From an uncultured delta proteobacterium (lineage in GTDB: Bacteria; Myxococcota_A; Polyangia; Fen-1088): DNA of 64,000 nucleotides. The stretch is from assembly GCA_963767925.1 (NCBI GenBank), contig CAVYGB010000013.1, forward strand, positions 209,830 to 273,829. Direction: 5' to 3'. Made by a program: the position numbers and the translations under genes. The notes under the pieces are model-generated. The model made no database searches and had not been told where the DNA came from. It saw nothing but the letters and a program-made list of their open reading frames with translations. Below are positions 55,237-64,000 of the stretch, piece after piece (the first letter of the stretch is position 1; the number at the start of each line of letters is the position of its first letter).

Positions 55237-57012
55237 ATGAGCAAGTACGATTACCGTCCGGCCTGGAGCGCGCGCAGCGGAGCCTGGCTCCCGCTGCTCC
55301 TGTCGCTGGCCTGCACGGGCGAGATCACCGGTGACCCGCGGGGCGGCTCCGCCCTGGGCCCCTCCGGCAGCCCCGGCACCCCGGGCGTTCCCGGGGTCCC
55401 CGGCGCGCCTTCCATCCCCGGCGCGCCCGGCAGCCCCGCCGCCCCGGGCGCCCCCGTCGGCCCCATCGTCAGCGCCCCCGGCGCCAGCAGCCGGTTCTCG
55501 CGGCTCAACCACAAGCAGTGGGAGAACACGGTGCGCGACCTGCTGCGGCTGCCCGCGGCGGCCGGCCTGTCCACCTCCTTCGTGGCCGAGCCCCTGCGCA
55601 GCTCCTTCGACACCAACGGCGCCATCCTCACCGTCGCTCCGGACCTCTGGTCCGACTACCAGACGGCGGCCGAGGCGCTGGCCCGCAAGGTGGCCCGCGA
55701 TCCCCAGCTCCTGGCCGGCCTGGTGACCGGCCTGCCCGGTGACGCCGCCGGCAAGGCCCGGGCCTTCGTGACCGGCTTCGGCCTGCGCGCCTTCCGCCGC
55801 CCCCTCACCGAGGCCGAGACCACGCGGTACCTCGCCCTGTTCGGCAAGGGCGCCACCCTGGTGGCCGGCGGCGACGCCTTCGCCGACGGGGTCGAGCTCG
55901 CCCTGAGCGCGTTCTTGCAGTCGCCGAACTTCCTCTACCGGACGGAGACCAGCACCCGGGTGGTCAACGGCCGGGTCCCCCTCGACGACTTCGAGATCGC
56001 CTCGCGCCTGTCTTACGGCCTGCTCAACTCGATGCCCGACGACGCCCTGCTGGCGGCGGCCGGGGCCCGGCAGCTCCAGGCCCGCGACGGGTTGCTGGAT
56101 CAGGCCCGCCGGCTGATCGAGACCCCCGCCGCCAAGCGGAGCATCCAGGACTTTCACGACCAGCTCCTGCGCCTGCGCGAGCTCGAGGCGGTCAAGAAGG
56201 ACGAGCGCCTGTCGCCCCTGTTCCCCCAGGGCGTCGGCGAGGACCTGAAAGAGGAGGCGCTGGCCTTCGTGAAGGACGTCGTCGATTCGGGCCGCGGCCT
56301 GGCCGACCTGCTCACCGCCCCCCACACCTTCGCCAACAGCCGGGTGGCCCGCATGTACGGGCTCGCCACCCCGGCGGTCCCGGCCGGGCGGCCCGATCCG
56401 TTCGCCCGGGTCGAGCTCGACCCCAGCCAGCGCGCCGGCCTCTTCACCCAGATCGGGTTCCTGGCCGCCAACGGCGAGGGGGAGACGCCCAACATCATCA
56501 TCCGCGGGGTGCGCCTGGCCCACGATGTGTTGTGCCTGGAGCTGCCGCCGCCTCCCGACGCGGTCCCGCCCCTGCCGAGCGTCGCGCCCAACTCGACCAA
56601 CCGCCAGCGGGTGCAGGAGCTGACGAAAAACGCCCCCTGCAGCGGCTGCCACGAGCGGGGCATCAACCCGCTGGGCTTCGCCTTCGAGAACCTCGACGGC
56701 CTCGGCCGCTACCGCACCGAGGACAACGGCCAGCCCATCGACGCCTCGGGCACCTACGAGCTCGACGGGCGCGACGTGCCCTTCGACGGCGCGGTCAGCC
56801 TGATCAAGGCGATGGCCGCCAGCCAGCAGGCCCACGACTGCTACTCCCGCCGCTGGGTCGAATACCTCTACGGCCGCGACACCGACATGGCCAGCGACGC
56901 CGACCGCAACCTGGTCAGCCAGGCCGGGCAGCGCTCGCGGGCCAACCTGCCGGTCAAGGAGCTCATCTTGAACCTCGTCGCGACGGACGCTTTCGTCAGC
57001 CGGATGCCCTGA
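55237..57012 (+). CDS. DUF1587/1595/1592/1588/1585 lipoprotein
   Basis: Lipobox SLAC; RLNHKQWENTVRDLL; AFRRP; SPNFLYR; EIASRLSY; CSGCH. Confidence 0.92.
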   Translation: MSKYDYRPAWSARSGAWLPLLLSLACTGEITGDPRGGSALGPSGSPGTPGVPGVPGAPSIPGAPGSPAAPGAPVGPIVSAPGASSRFSRLNHKQWENTVRDLLRLPAAAGLSTSFVAEPLRSSFDTNGAILTVAPDLWSDYQTAAEALARKVARDPQLLAGLVTGLPGDAAGKARAFVTGFGLRAFRRPLTEAETTRYLALFGKGATLVAGGDAFADGVELALSAFLQSPNFLYRTETSTRVVNGRVPLDDFEIASRLSYGLLNSMPDDALLAAAGARQLQARDGLLDQARRLIETPAAKRSIQDFHDQLLRLRELEAVKKDERLSPLFPQGVGEDLKEEALAFVKDVVDSGRGLADLLTAPHTFANSRVARMYGLATPAVPAGRPDPFARVELDPSQRAGLFTQIGFLAANGEGETPNIIIRGVRLAHDVLCLELPPPPDAVPPLPSVAPNSTNRQRVQELTKNAPCSGCHERGINPLGFAFENLDGLGRYRTEDNGQPIDASGTYELDGRDVPFDGAVSLIKAMAASQQAHDCYSRRWVEYLYGRDTDMASDADRNLVSQAGQRSRANLPVKELILNLVATDAFVSRMP

Positions 57013-57018
57013 GGAGAC

Positions 57019-58425
57019 ATGAACATGTCGAAAAAGAACTTCGGTCGTCGTCGCTTCCTGCGCGGTACCGGCGGGGTGGTCCTGGGACTGCCCGCGCTCG
57101 ACGTCTTGCAGCCCCGCACCGCCCGGGCGGACCTCGCCCCCCGGCGCAAGATCTACTCGGCCCTGATGCTGCAGCAGAACGGGGCCATCCAGGGCAACGG
57201 CGGTGACCCCGACCGCTACTGGCCGCGCGCCATGGGGCCGCTCAGCGACGCCAGCATGATGGGCATCGACAAGGACCGCACCTCGAGCGAGCTGGTGGGC
57301 CACGCCAGCAAGCTGATCTTCGTGCGGGGCCTCAACTTCAAGCACTCGCGCAACCACAGCGGCGGTCCCATCGCCGCCAGCACGGGCACCCGGGTCACCG
57401 GCAGCGACACCAGGCAGCTCCCCACCGCCGAGTCGTACGACTTCTTCGTCGCCAGCAAGATGTCGCCGGGCCAGGAGCCGCTCACCCTGTACGCCGGGCG
57501 CAAGGGGACCTACCGCGACGACGCCCTGTCGTTCTCCGCCGGGGGCAAGCTGCGCATCGGGGACAACAACCCCTGGAACGTCTACCAGCGCCTGTCGGGC
57601 CTGTCGGGCGTCATGCAGACCGACCCCGGCCTGTTCCAGAGGATCGCCGCCCGCCGCATGTCGGTCAACGACCTCGTGCGCACCGACCTGCGCGACCTGC
57701 TGGGCCGGACCGACCTCAGCAAGGTCGACCGCGAGCGGCTGGATCTCCACCTCACCAGCGTGCGGGACATGGAGATCAACATGGGCAACACCCTGGGGCC
57801 CATGCCGGCGGCGCTCGACACCGCGGCCATGATGGCGGTCAACGGCAGCCACACCACCGACGCCAACATGGAGAAGGTCGTGCGCATGCAGCTCGACCTC
57901 ATCGCCTTCGCCTTCGCTTCGGACCGGGCGCGCACCGCGACCCTCCAGGTGGGCGGCTGCAACGACCACACGAAGTACCTCATCAACGGGGTGCAGGCCC
58001 CGCCCTTCCACTTCATCTCCCACCGGGTGCTGAGCGACGGGGGCAGCGGCACCTCCATCCCCAACGCGGTGGAGCTGCACCACCAGGTGGACCGCATCCA
58101 CGCCCGCTTCTTCAAGCACTTCCTCGACCGGCTGGCGGCCAACGTCCTGCCCGACGGCGGCACCCTGCTCGACGCGAGCGTCAACCTGTTCACCAACTCG
58201 GTGTCCGATGGGCCGCCCCACAGCGGCAACAACGTCCCCCACATCGTGGCGGGCGGCGCCGGCGGCTTCCTCAAGACCGGCCAGCACATCCGCACCCCGG
58301 GCCCCAGCCACCGCATCCTCAACACGATCATCAGCGCCGCCGGCGCCCGCAAGGACAACGGCGACCTGATCGACAACTTCGGCGACGCCACCGACCCCGG
58401 CGTGATCCCCGAGATGATCGCCTAG
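57019..58425 (+). CDS. DUF1552 family protein (Tat substrate)
   Basis: GRRRFLRGTGG..LGLPAL; DRERLDLHLTSVRDME; AFASDRAR; TLLD; PHIVAGGAGG. Confidence 0.92.
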   Translation: MNMSKKNFGRRRFLRGTGGVVLGLPALDVLQPRTARADLAPRRKIYSALMLQQNGAIQGNGGDPDRYWPRAMGPLSDASMMGIDKDRTSSELVGHASKLIFVRGLNFKHSRNHSGGPIAASTGTRVTGSDTRQLPTAESYDFFVASKMSPGQEPLTLYAGRKGTYRDDALSFSAGGKLRIGDNNPWNVYQRLSGLSGVMQTDPGLFQRIAARRMSVNDLVRTDLRDLLGRTDLSKVDRERLDLHLTSVRDMEINMGNTLGPMPAALDTAAMMAVNGSHTTDANMEKVVRMQLDLIAFAFASDRARTATLQVGGCNDHTKYLINGVQAPPFHFISHRVLSDGGSGTSIPNAVELHHQVDRIHARFFKHFLDRLAANVLPDGGTLLDASVNLFTNSVSDGPPHSGNNVPHIVAGGAGGFLKTGQHIRTPGPSHRILNTIISAAGARKDNGDLIDNFGDATDPGVIPEMIA

Positions 58426-58495
58426 CAGACGATCGCCCGGGAGCCCGCGAGCGCGAACACCTCGTCCGCGGGGCCGCCAATTCTCTCTCTCCCTC

Positions 58496-58555
58496 ACCTC
58501 TCCCCGCGGTCCGCCGTGGGGAGAGGTCGGCGCGTCTGCGCGCCGGGTGAGGGGC
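58496..58555. repeat. REP-like palindrome, copy 2
   Basis: ACCTCTCCCCGCGG/CCGTGGGGAGAGGT stem, second small hairpin, GGTGAGGGG tail; between convergent genes. Confidence 0.65.
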
Positions 58556-58561
58556 CTCCGG

Positions 58562-59762
58562 TCAGGCGGGGCGGGGGGTGAGGCGGGCGTCGGCGTGGAG
58601 GAGGAGGGCGGTGGCGGCGAGGGAGAGGGCGGCGCAGACGGCGAGGAGGCCCCGGTTGCCCAGGGGGGCGGCCAGGAGGGCGAACAGGCCGCCGGCCAGG
58701 ATCGAGCCGATGGTCATGGCGTTCACGTAGAGCGCGGTGGAGACGCCCGGCTCGCCGGGCAGCAGGTCCTGGAAGTAGCTCAGCCCCAGGCCCATCACGA
58801 CCGAGATGACGAAGGCGGTCAGCCCCTGCGCCAGGTAGGCGTGCCAGGGACGGGTGGCGAGGGCCAGGGCGGCGAAGTAGGCGATGTAGACGAGGGAGCC
58901 GGCGATGATGAGCCGGCCCTTGCCCAGGCGGCCCGCCACCAGGGCGCTGCCCAGCATGAGCGGCAGCTCCAGCCCGGCGGCCAGGCCGAAGGTCCCGCCC
59001 ACGTCGCGCTCGGCGCCGCCCAGCGTCTGCACCAGCAGCAGGGGCAAGACGATGACGTTGAGGTTCGAGCAGAGGAACAGCAGCCCCATGCCGGCGATCA
59101 GCGCCGCCACCGGCCCCCGCCGGACGTAGCGCAGGACCGAGGTGGGGGGACCGGCCGCGGCCGGGCGGACCGGGGGATCGCGGGTCCCGAGGGCGAGCAG
59201 CCCGATGAGGACGAAGGTGCCGGCCGAGACGGCGTAGAGGCCGGTCCAGCCGAGGCTGGCCAGGAAGACCGCGGCCAGCGCCGGGCCGATCACCCAGCCG
59301 AGCGAGAAGAACATCCGGATGGCGTTGGTGGCGAGGGTGAGGTCCTGCACCGCCTCGGCCTCGAAGCGGGCCCGGGACAGGGCGAAGGTCTGGGCGAAGG
59401 CCGCCCGGCCGAGGGCCAGGATCGTCACCGCGTTGAGCAACAGCCCCCAGAAGCCCCGCAGGTAACACATGGCCAGGTGGCCCACCGTCGCGCAGGCCAG
59501 CGCGGCGAGGAGGGCATGTTTGCGGGACAGCGTCCGGTCCGACAGCTTGCCGAGCCAGGTCGTCGCCAGCACGCCGCTGACCGCCGAGGCGGCCAGGTAG
59601 ATCCCGAGCTCGCCGGGTCGAGAAGTGCGCCTCGTCGAGGGCGAACAGCGACAGGAAGGGGATGGTGAAGGAATAGGCCAGGCCCAGCGCGACCACCATC
59701 GCGCTGTGGAGCTTGAACTCGGGGATGCGGGAGACGCTGGCCAGGCGGCGCGATGCGGTCAT
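58562..59762 (-). pseudogene. MFS sugar-efflux (SET-like) transporter, frameshifted near 59615
   Basis: PFLSLF in one frame; GELGIY..LGKLSDR, SLGWVIGP, AAGLELPLM, YFQDLLPG in another; one extra C in a C-run. Confidence 0.82.
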
Positions 59763-59890
59763 GGGCGGGGCCAGGTTACGACGGTTGCATGGAGCAAGAC
59801 CCCTCATCGAGGGCGCGTGCAGGCAGGATCTTCCCGGCGGTGGCTCCGGAAATAGACATCGGGCGTCGGGTGTGTCAGGTGCAGAGGAGC

Positions 59891-61357
59891 GTGTCGGTGC
59901 CGCCGCTCATCCTCGCCCTGGCCGCGCTGGTCCTGGGGGCCACCGCCCTCTTGCTGCTGTGGTTCGGGTTCGAGCGGACGGTGGCGCTGCGCTATCTGCG
60001 GCGGGGTGGGGGGCTGCGGGGGGGCTGGGTGTCGGGGGGGCTGGCGCTGGCCGCCGTCCTCGGCGGGCTGGGGTTGCTGGCGTTCGGGCGGGGGGGGTGG
60101 CTGGCCGAGGCCCTGGGGGCGGGGCTGTTCTTCGCCGGGATCGTGGCGGGGTTCACGGTGGCGGTGCTGCGCGTGTTCTCCCTGTTCACCGCCATCGCGA
60201 CGCTGGGGCTGGCGCTGGGGGTGGCGGCCCTGGTGGTGGTGCTGGCGGTGACGAGCGGGTTCCAGCGGGACTTCCTCGAGCGGGTGACCGCCTTCCACGC
60301 CCACCTGGTGGTGGGCCTCTACGGGGAGCCCACCCGCGAGGAGGCCGAGCCCGAGCTGCGGGCGCTGACGACGAAGCTGCGTGATGTCCCGGGGCTGACC
60401 GGGATGGCACCCTTCGTCGTGTCGCTGGCCGAGGTGATGGTCGGCCCCGCCGGGGCGTATCTCAAGGCCCTCGATCTGTCGCGCGGGCCGCCGCCGGTGG
60501 CGAAGTGGATGACGGCGGGCGCGCTGGCCGATCTGGACCGGCCGGCGACCTGCCCCGAGGGGGCGGAGGGGCACGTGGGGCGGATCCTGCTGGGGACGGA
60601 GCTGGCCCGGCAGATCAGGACCCAGGTGGGCGCCTGCATCTCGGTGATGGTCCCCTTCAGCCGCAAGGGCGGCCTGGAGAGCGCCTCGCTGCGCTTCCGG
60701 GTGGTGGGTTTGTTCAAGATGGGGTTCCACCTGCACGACACCCGCCTGGCCTACATCCCGATCGACGATGTCTCGCACATCGAGAGCGCGCGCCCGTTCC
60801 TCTACGGCGTCGAGCTCTACCTCGATCAGCCCCTGCGCGCGCCGGCCCTGGTGCCCGGCCTGGAGGAGCGGCTGGGGCCGGGGTACCGCGTCCTCGACTG
60901 GCGCTTCCAGAGCAAGGGGCTGTTCGATTCGCTGGCCGCCCAGCGGGTGGTGATCGGCCTGTTCCTGGTGCTCATCATCCTCGTCTCCGCCTTCAACCTG
61001 ACGGCCTCGCTCACCATCCTGGTGCTGAGCAAGCGCCGGGAGATCGCGGTGCTGGGGGCGCTGGGGGCCCGCCCCCGCTCGCTGCTGCGGATCTTCGTGA
61101 GCGCGGGGGCCCTGGCGGGGCTGATCGGGGTGGGCGGGGGGCTGGTCCTGGGGCTGCTGATGTGCGCGGTGCTGCGGGCCTACCACTTTCCGCTCGACCT
61201 GGTGACCTACAAGGTGGCCGAGCTGCCGGTGGATGTGCGGCTGGCCGACCTGCTGCTGGTGAGCGGGGTGGCCCAGCTCGCCTGCCTGCTGGCGACCCTC
61301 TCGCCGGTGCGGCGGGCGAGCGGCCAGCGGGTCGTGGAGGGGCTGCGGCCCACCTGA
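59891..61357 (+). CDS. LolC/E-like (FtsX family) ABC permease
   Basis: ALRYLR, GVAALVVVLAVTSGF, VSAFNL...KRREIAVLGALGA; start uncertain. Confidence 0.85.
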   Translation: MSVPPLILALAALVLGATALLLLWFGFERTVALRYLRRGGGLRGGWVSGGLALAAVLGGLGLLAFGRGGWLAEALGAGLFFAGIVAGFTVAVLRVFSLFTAIATLGLALGVAALVVVLAVTSGFQRDFLERVTAFHAHLVVGLYGEPTREEAEPELRALTTKLRDVPGLTGMAPFVVSLAEVMVGPAGAYLKALDLSRGPPPVAKWMTAGALADLDRPATCPEGAEGHVGRILLGTELARQIRTQVGACISVMVPFSRKGGLESASLRFRVVGLFKMGFHLHDTRLAYIPIDDVSHIESARPFLYGVELYLDQPLRAPALVPGLEERLGPGYRVLDWRFQSKGLFDSLAAQRVVIGLFLVLIILVSAFNLTASLTILVLSKRREIAVLGALGARPRSLLRIFVSAGALAGLIGVGGGLVLGLLMCAVLRAYHFPLDLVTYKVAELPVDVRLADLLLVSGVAQLACLLATLSPVRRASGQRVVEGLRPT

Positions 61358-61367
61358 TCGGCGCGGG

Positions 61368-61769
61368 TCAATCGCGGGTGACGAGGGCCAGCCGGCCGCC
61401 CACCCCCTTGACCAGATCCATCACCTGCACGACGGCGCCGTAGCGGGCGCCGTCGTCGACGTCGAAGAAGACAACCTTGCCGGCGTCGGCGGCCAGCCGC
61501 TGCGTCACCTTGCCCGCCAGCTCGGCGGCGCCGACCGGCTGTTCGTCGAGGGTCAGCTCCCCGCCGGCCCCGATCTTCAGCACGATCTGCCGGCTCGGGT
61601 CGGCCGGGGTGGCGGCCTCGGCCTTGCGCGGGACTGCCGCCGTGAGCTGCTCGAGGCTGGCCGGCACCAGCACCATGAAGATGATGAGCAGCACCAGCAC
61701 CACGTCGATGAGGGGGGTGATGTTGATCTCGCCCTTGATCCCGCTTCTCGGGCCGCTGCCTGGGTCCAT
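61368..61769 (-). CDS. exbD: ExbD/TolR biopolymer transport protein
   Basis: EINITPLIDVVLVLLIIFMV. Confidence 0.92.
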   Translation of the reverse strand: MDPGSGPRSGIKGEINITPLIDVVLVLLIIFMVLVPASLEQLTAAVPRKAEAATPADPSRQIVLKIGAGGELTLDEQPVGAAELAGKVTQRLAADAGKVVFFDVDDGARYGAVVQVMDLVKGVGGRLALVTRD

Positions 61770-61835
61770 GGTCTGGCTCCTTTGTCTTTGTCTGGTGGCG
61801 CGCGGCGGCCGCGCGCGGCGGTCGGGGGCGGGCGC

Positions 61836-62315
61836 TCATTCGCCGTCGCGGCGCTGGCGGGTGACGAGGAGGATCTCCTCGACCTGGGTCTTCCGGATGG
61901 CGTCCATCACCGCCCGCACCTGGCGGTAGTCGAGGGAGTCGTCCCCCTTGAGGTGGACCTTCCGCTCGGGGGCGCGCTGGCGCTCCTGTTCGAGGCGGCG
62001 GGGCAGGTCGGGCAGGGCGATCGGTTCGTTGCGCAGGAACACCTGCCCCTGGCCGTCGATGGACACCACCAGGTCCTTGCCGTCGTCGGGCTTGCTCTGG
62101 TGGTGCAGGGTGCGGGGGACCTGCACCGGCACCCCCTGGGCGATGGCCGGTCCGACAACCATGAAGATGATCAGCAGCACCAGCACGACGTCGACAAGCG
62201 GCGTGACGTTGATGTCGGCCCGGATGTCGCCCCGCTGGCGCCGCCGGAGCCGCGGGCGGATCAGGGGGCTTCCGGCGACACGGCGAGCAAGACGAGAAAA
62301 CCGGCGGGCGATCAC
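61836..62315 (-). CDS. exbD: ExbD/TolR biopolymer transport protein
   Basis: DINVTPLVDVVLVLLIIFMV; LKGD...Y..V..VMD; GTG start overlaps the tonB stop. Confidence 0.92.
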   Translation of the reverse strand: MIARRFSRLARRVAGSPLIRPRLRRRQRGDIRADINVTPLVDVVLVLLIIFMVVGPAIAQGVPVQVPRTLHHQSKPDDGKDLVVSIDGQGQVFLRNEPIALPDLPRRLEQERQRAPERKVHLKGDDSLDYRQVRAVMDAIRKTQVEEILLVTRQRRDGE

Positions 62316-63019
62316 GGCGTGGAGATCCCGTAGCGGAGGTTGGAGCAGAAGGGGACCGACCGGCCGTCGACGGTGTAGGGCCGGTAGCGCCACGTGGACA
62401 GCACGCTGACGATGGTCGGATCGAGCAGCGGGTCGGCCCCGATGAGGATCTTCACGCTCGTCACGCTCCCCTCGCGGCTCACGCAGAGGCGCACCAGGGC
62501 CCAGAGCGAGGTGCCGGATCGAGCCAGCACCGGCGGCAGCTTGACCCGGTAGCGATCGGCCTGCGGGTCGATGGCGAGCTGCCCCCGCGCCACCGTGGGG
62601 CTGACGAAGGTGCCCGGCTCGCTCGGTCCGCCCGGGCCTTCCCCCTGCCCGCCCGGGATCCCACCCGCGACGCCGCCCGGCTGTCCCTCCGGCTCCGCCT
62701 CGGCGCTCTCGGCGGGCGCCTCCGGCGGCGCGACGGCGTTCGGCGTGGGCTGGACCAGCGCCGTGGGGCGGGGTCGGACGCGGGGGACCACCTTGCGGGC
62801 GGCCGCGCGGGCTGGCGGCGGGCCGGGCGGCGGCCCGGCCGGCGGGGGCGCGAAGATCACCGGCAAGCTCGGCGCCGCCAGCTCCTCGACCTGCATCGCC
62901 GAGTAGAGCACGCCGAGCACCAGCAGCCCGCCGTGCAGCAGCAGCGACAGCCCCAGGGGCATCCGCCGGCGCTCCGCCGATCGCTGCGCCCCGGCCAGCA
63001 GGTACGTGTCGAAGGTCAT
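62312..63019 (-). CDS. tonB: TonB-like energy transducer
   Basis: SLLLH TM anchor, Pro-rich linker, C-terminal WRYRP domain. Confidence 0.85.
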   Translation of the reverse strand: MTFDTYLLAGAQRSAERRRMPLGLSLLLHGGLLVLGVLYSAMQVEELAAPSLPVIFAPPPAGPPPGPPPARAAARKVVPRVRPRPTALVQPTPNAVAPPEAPAESAEAEPEGQPGGVAGGIPGGQGEGPGGPSEPGTFVSPTVARGQLAIDPQADRYRVKLPPVLARSGTSLWALVRLCVSREGSVTSVKILIGADPLLDPTIVSVLSTWRYRPYTVDGRSVPFCSNLRYGISTP

Positions 63020-63213
63020 GGCGTCCTCCTTGTTCTACAATGTAGAATCACGGGGCATGCGAAGCGCACCCGCCCCGGTGTCTCCGGCGCGCCGGGGTCC
63101 CTCCCCGCCTTCCCTTCCCCGGGTGGTGCGCGGCGCCCGGCGGGCCGGATTTCTACAAAGTAGAAGTTGTCCGACGCCCGGTCAAGCGCTTTCGATCTGG
63201 CCGGAGGGCGCCG

Positions 63214-64000
63214 TCACTTGTTGGCGCTGATTTGCTTCGGCGTGCGGGGGCGGGCGTCCTTCACGTGGCGGTCGAACCAGGTGAGGGTCTCGGCGAGGAC
63301 GTGCTCGATCGACTCGGCGGCGCTGTAGCCGTGGCTCTCGTGGGGCAACATCACCAGGCGGACGGTGCCGCCCACCCCCCGCAGCGCCTCGAACAGCTTC
63401 TCGGACTGCATCGGGACGGTGCCGGGGTTGACGTCGACCTCGCCGTGGATCAGCAGCAGGGGCTCGTCGATCTTGTCGGCCTGGATGATCGGGGACAGCC
63501 GGCTGTAGACCTCGCGCGCCTCCCACAACGTGCGCTTCTCGTTCTGGAACCCGAAGGGCCGGGTCGTGTGGTTGTAGGCCCCGCTGCGGGCGATGCCCGC
63601 CCGGAACAGGTCGGAGTGGGCCAGCAGGTTGGCGGTCATGAGCGCGCCGTGGCTGTGCCCCGCGACGCCCACCCGCTCGGGATCGACGACCCCCAGCTCG
63701 ACCCCCTTGTCGATGGCCGCCTTGGCGTTGGCCACGATCTGCTCGACGAAGGTGTCGTAGACCGTCCGGGGCGGCCCCACCACCGGCATGGCCACGTTCT
63801 GGAGGACGGCGTACCCGCGCAGCAGGAAGAACAGCGGCGAGGTCCCCTGGATGGTGGTGAAGGCGTCGGCCGATCCCTCGACCTGTCCGGCCACCGCCTT
63901 GTCGGCGTAGTCGAGCGGGTAGGCCCACAGCACCGTCGGCAGGCGGGTGCCGGCCTTGTGACCGGGCGGCAGGTACAGGGTGAACGAGAGGGGGACCCCG
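63214..64000 (-). CDS. S9 prolyl oligopeptidase family serine peptidase (5' part outside window)
   Basis: GHSHG nucleophile motif, ARSGAYN, LLIHGEVD, PHESHGY. Confidence 0.9.
   Translation of the reverse strand, partial: GVPLSFTLYLPPGHKAGTRLPTVLWAYPLDYADKAVAGQVEGSADAFTTIQGTSPLFFLLRGYAVLQNVAMPVVGPPRTVYDTFVEQIVANAKAAIDKGVELGVVDPERVGVAGHSHGALMTANLLAHSDLFRAGIARSGAYNHTTRPFGFQNEKRTLWEAREVYSRLSPIIQADKIDEPLLLIHGEVDVNPGTVPMQSEKLFEALRGVGGTVRLVMLPHESHGYSAAESIEHVLAETLTWFDRHVKDARPRTPKQISANK

Overview
GC-rich bacterial chromosomal window, most consistent with a Myxococcota (Polyangia-like) genome. The evidence is Oar-type TonB receptor, Gly/Thr-linker lipoproteins, an FHA-sigma54 activator and three DUF1592/DUF1552 pairs. 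It holds about 50 CDS; I found no rRNA, tRNA, CRISPR array or intact mobile element. Main points: (1) an unannotated 25-codon Val/Leu-rich leader ORF with mutually exclusive RNA pairings upstream of ilvE, i.e. a candidate ribosome-mediated translational attenuator; (2) a type III PKS + ICMT-type methyltransferase + flavoprotein operon converging on a UbiA prenyltransferase (srs/agq-like quinone lipid cluster), near NDH-2 and cytochrome bd; (3) a DUF350 / GSP-synthase-like ATP-grasp / SRGGFG-tail-like / DUF1517-like operon; (4) a porin-lipoprotein-VTC polyphosphate-domain operon; (5) a 15-bp x7 tandem repeat that amplifies a GTGA stop/start junction; (6) two families of intergenic palindromic repeats. 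Several genes carry single-base frameshifts (pgm, DUF1592, MFS; possibly assembly errors) or internal deletions (response regulator, PilT, OMP, DUF350 fragment). All family calls come from motif recognition by eye; no searches were run.
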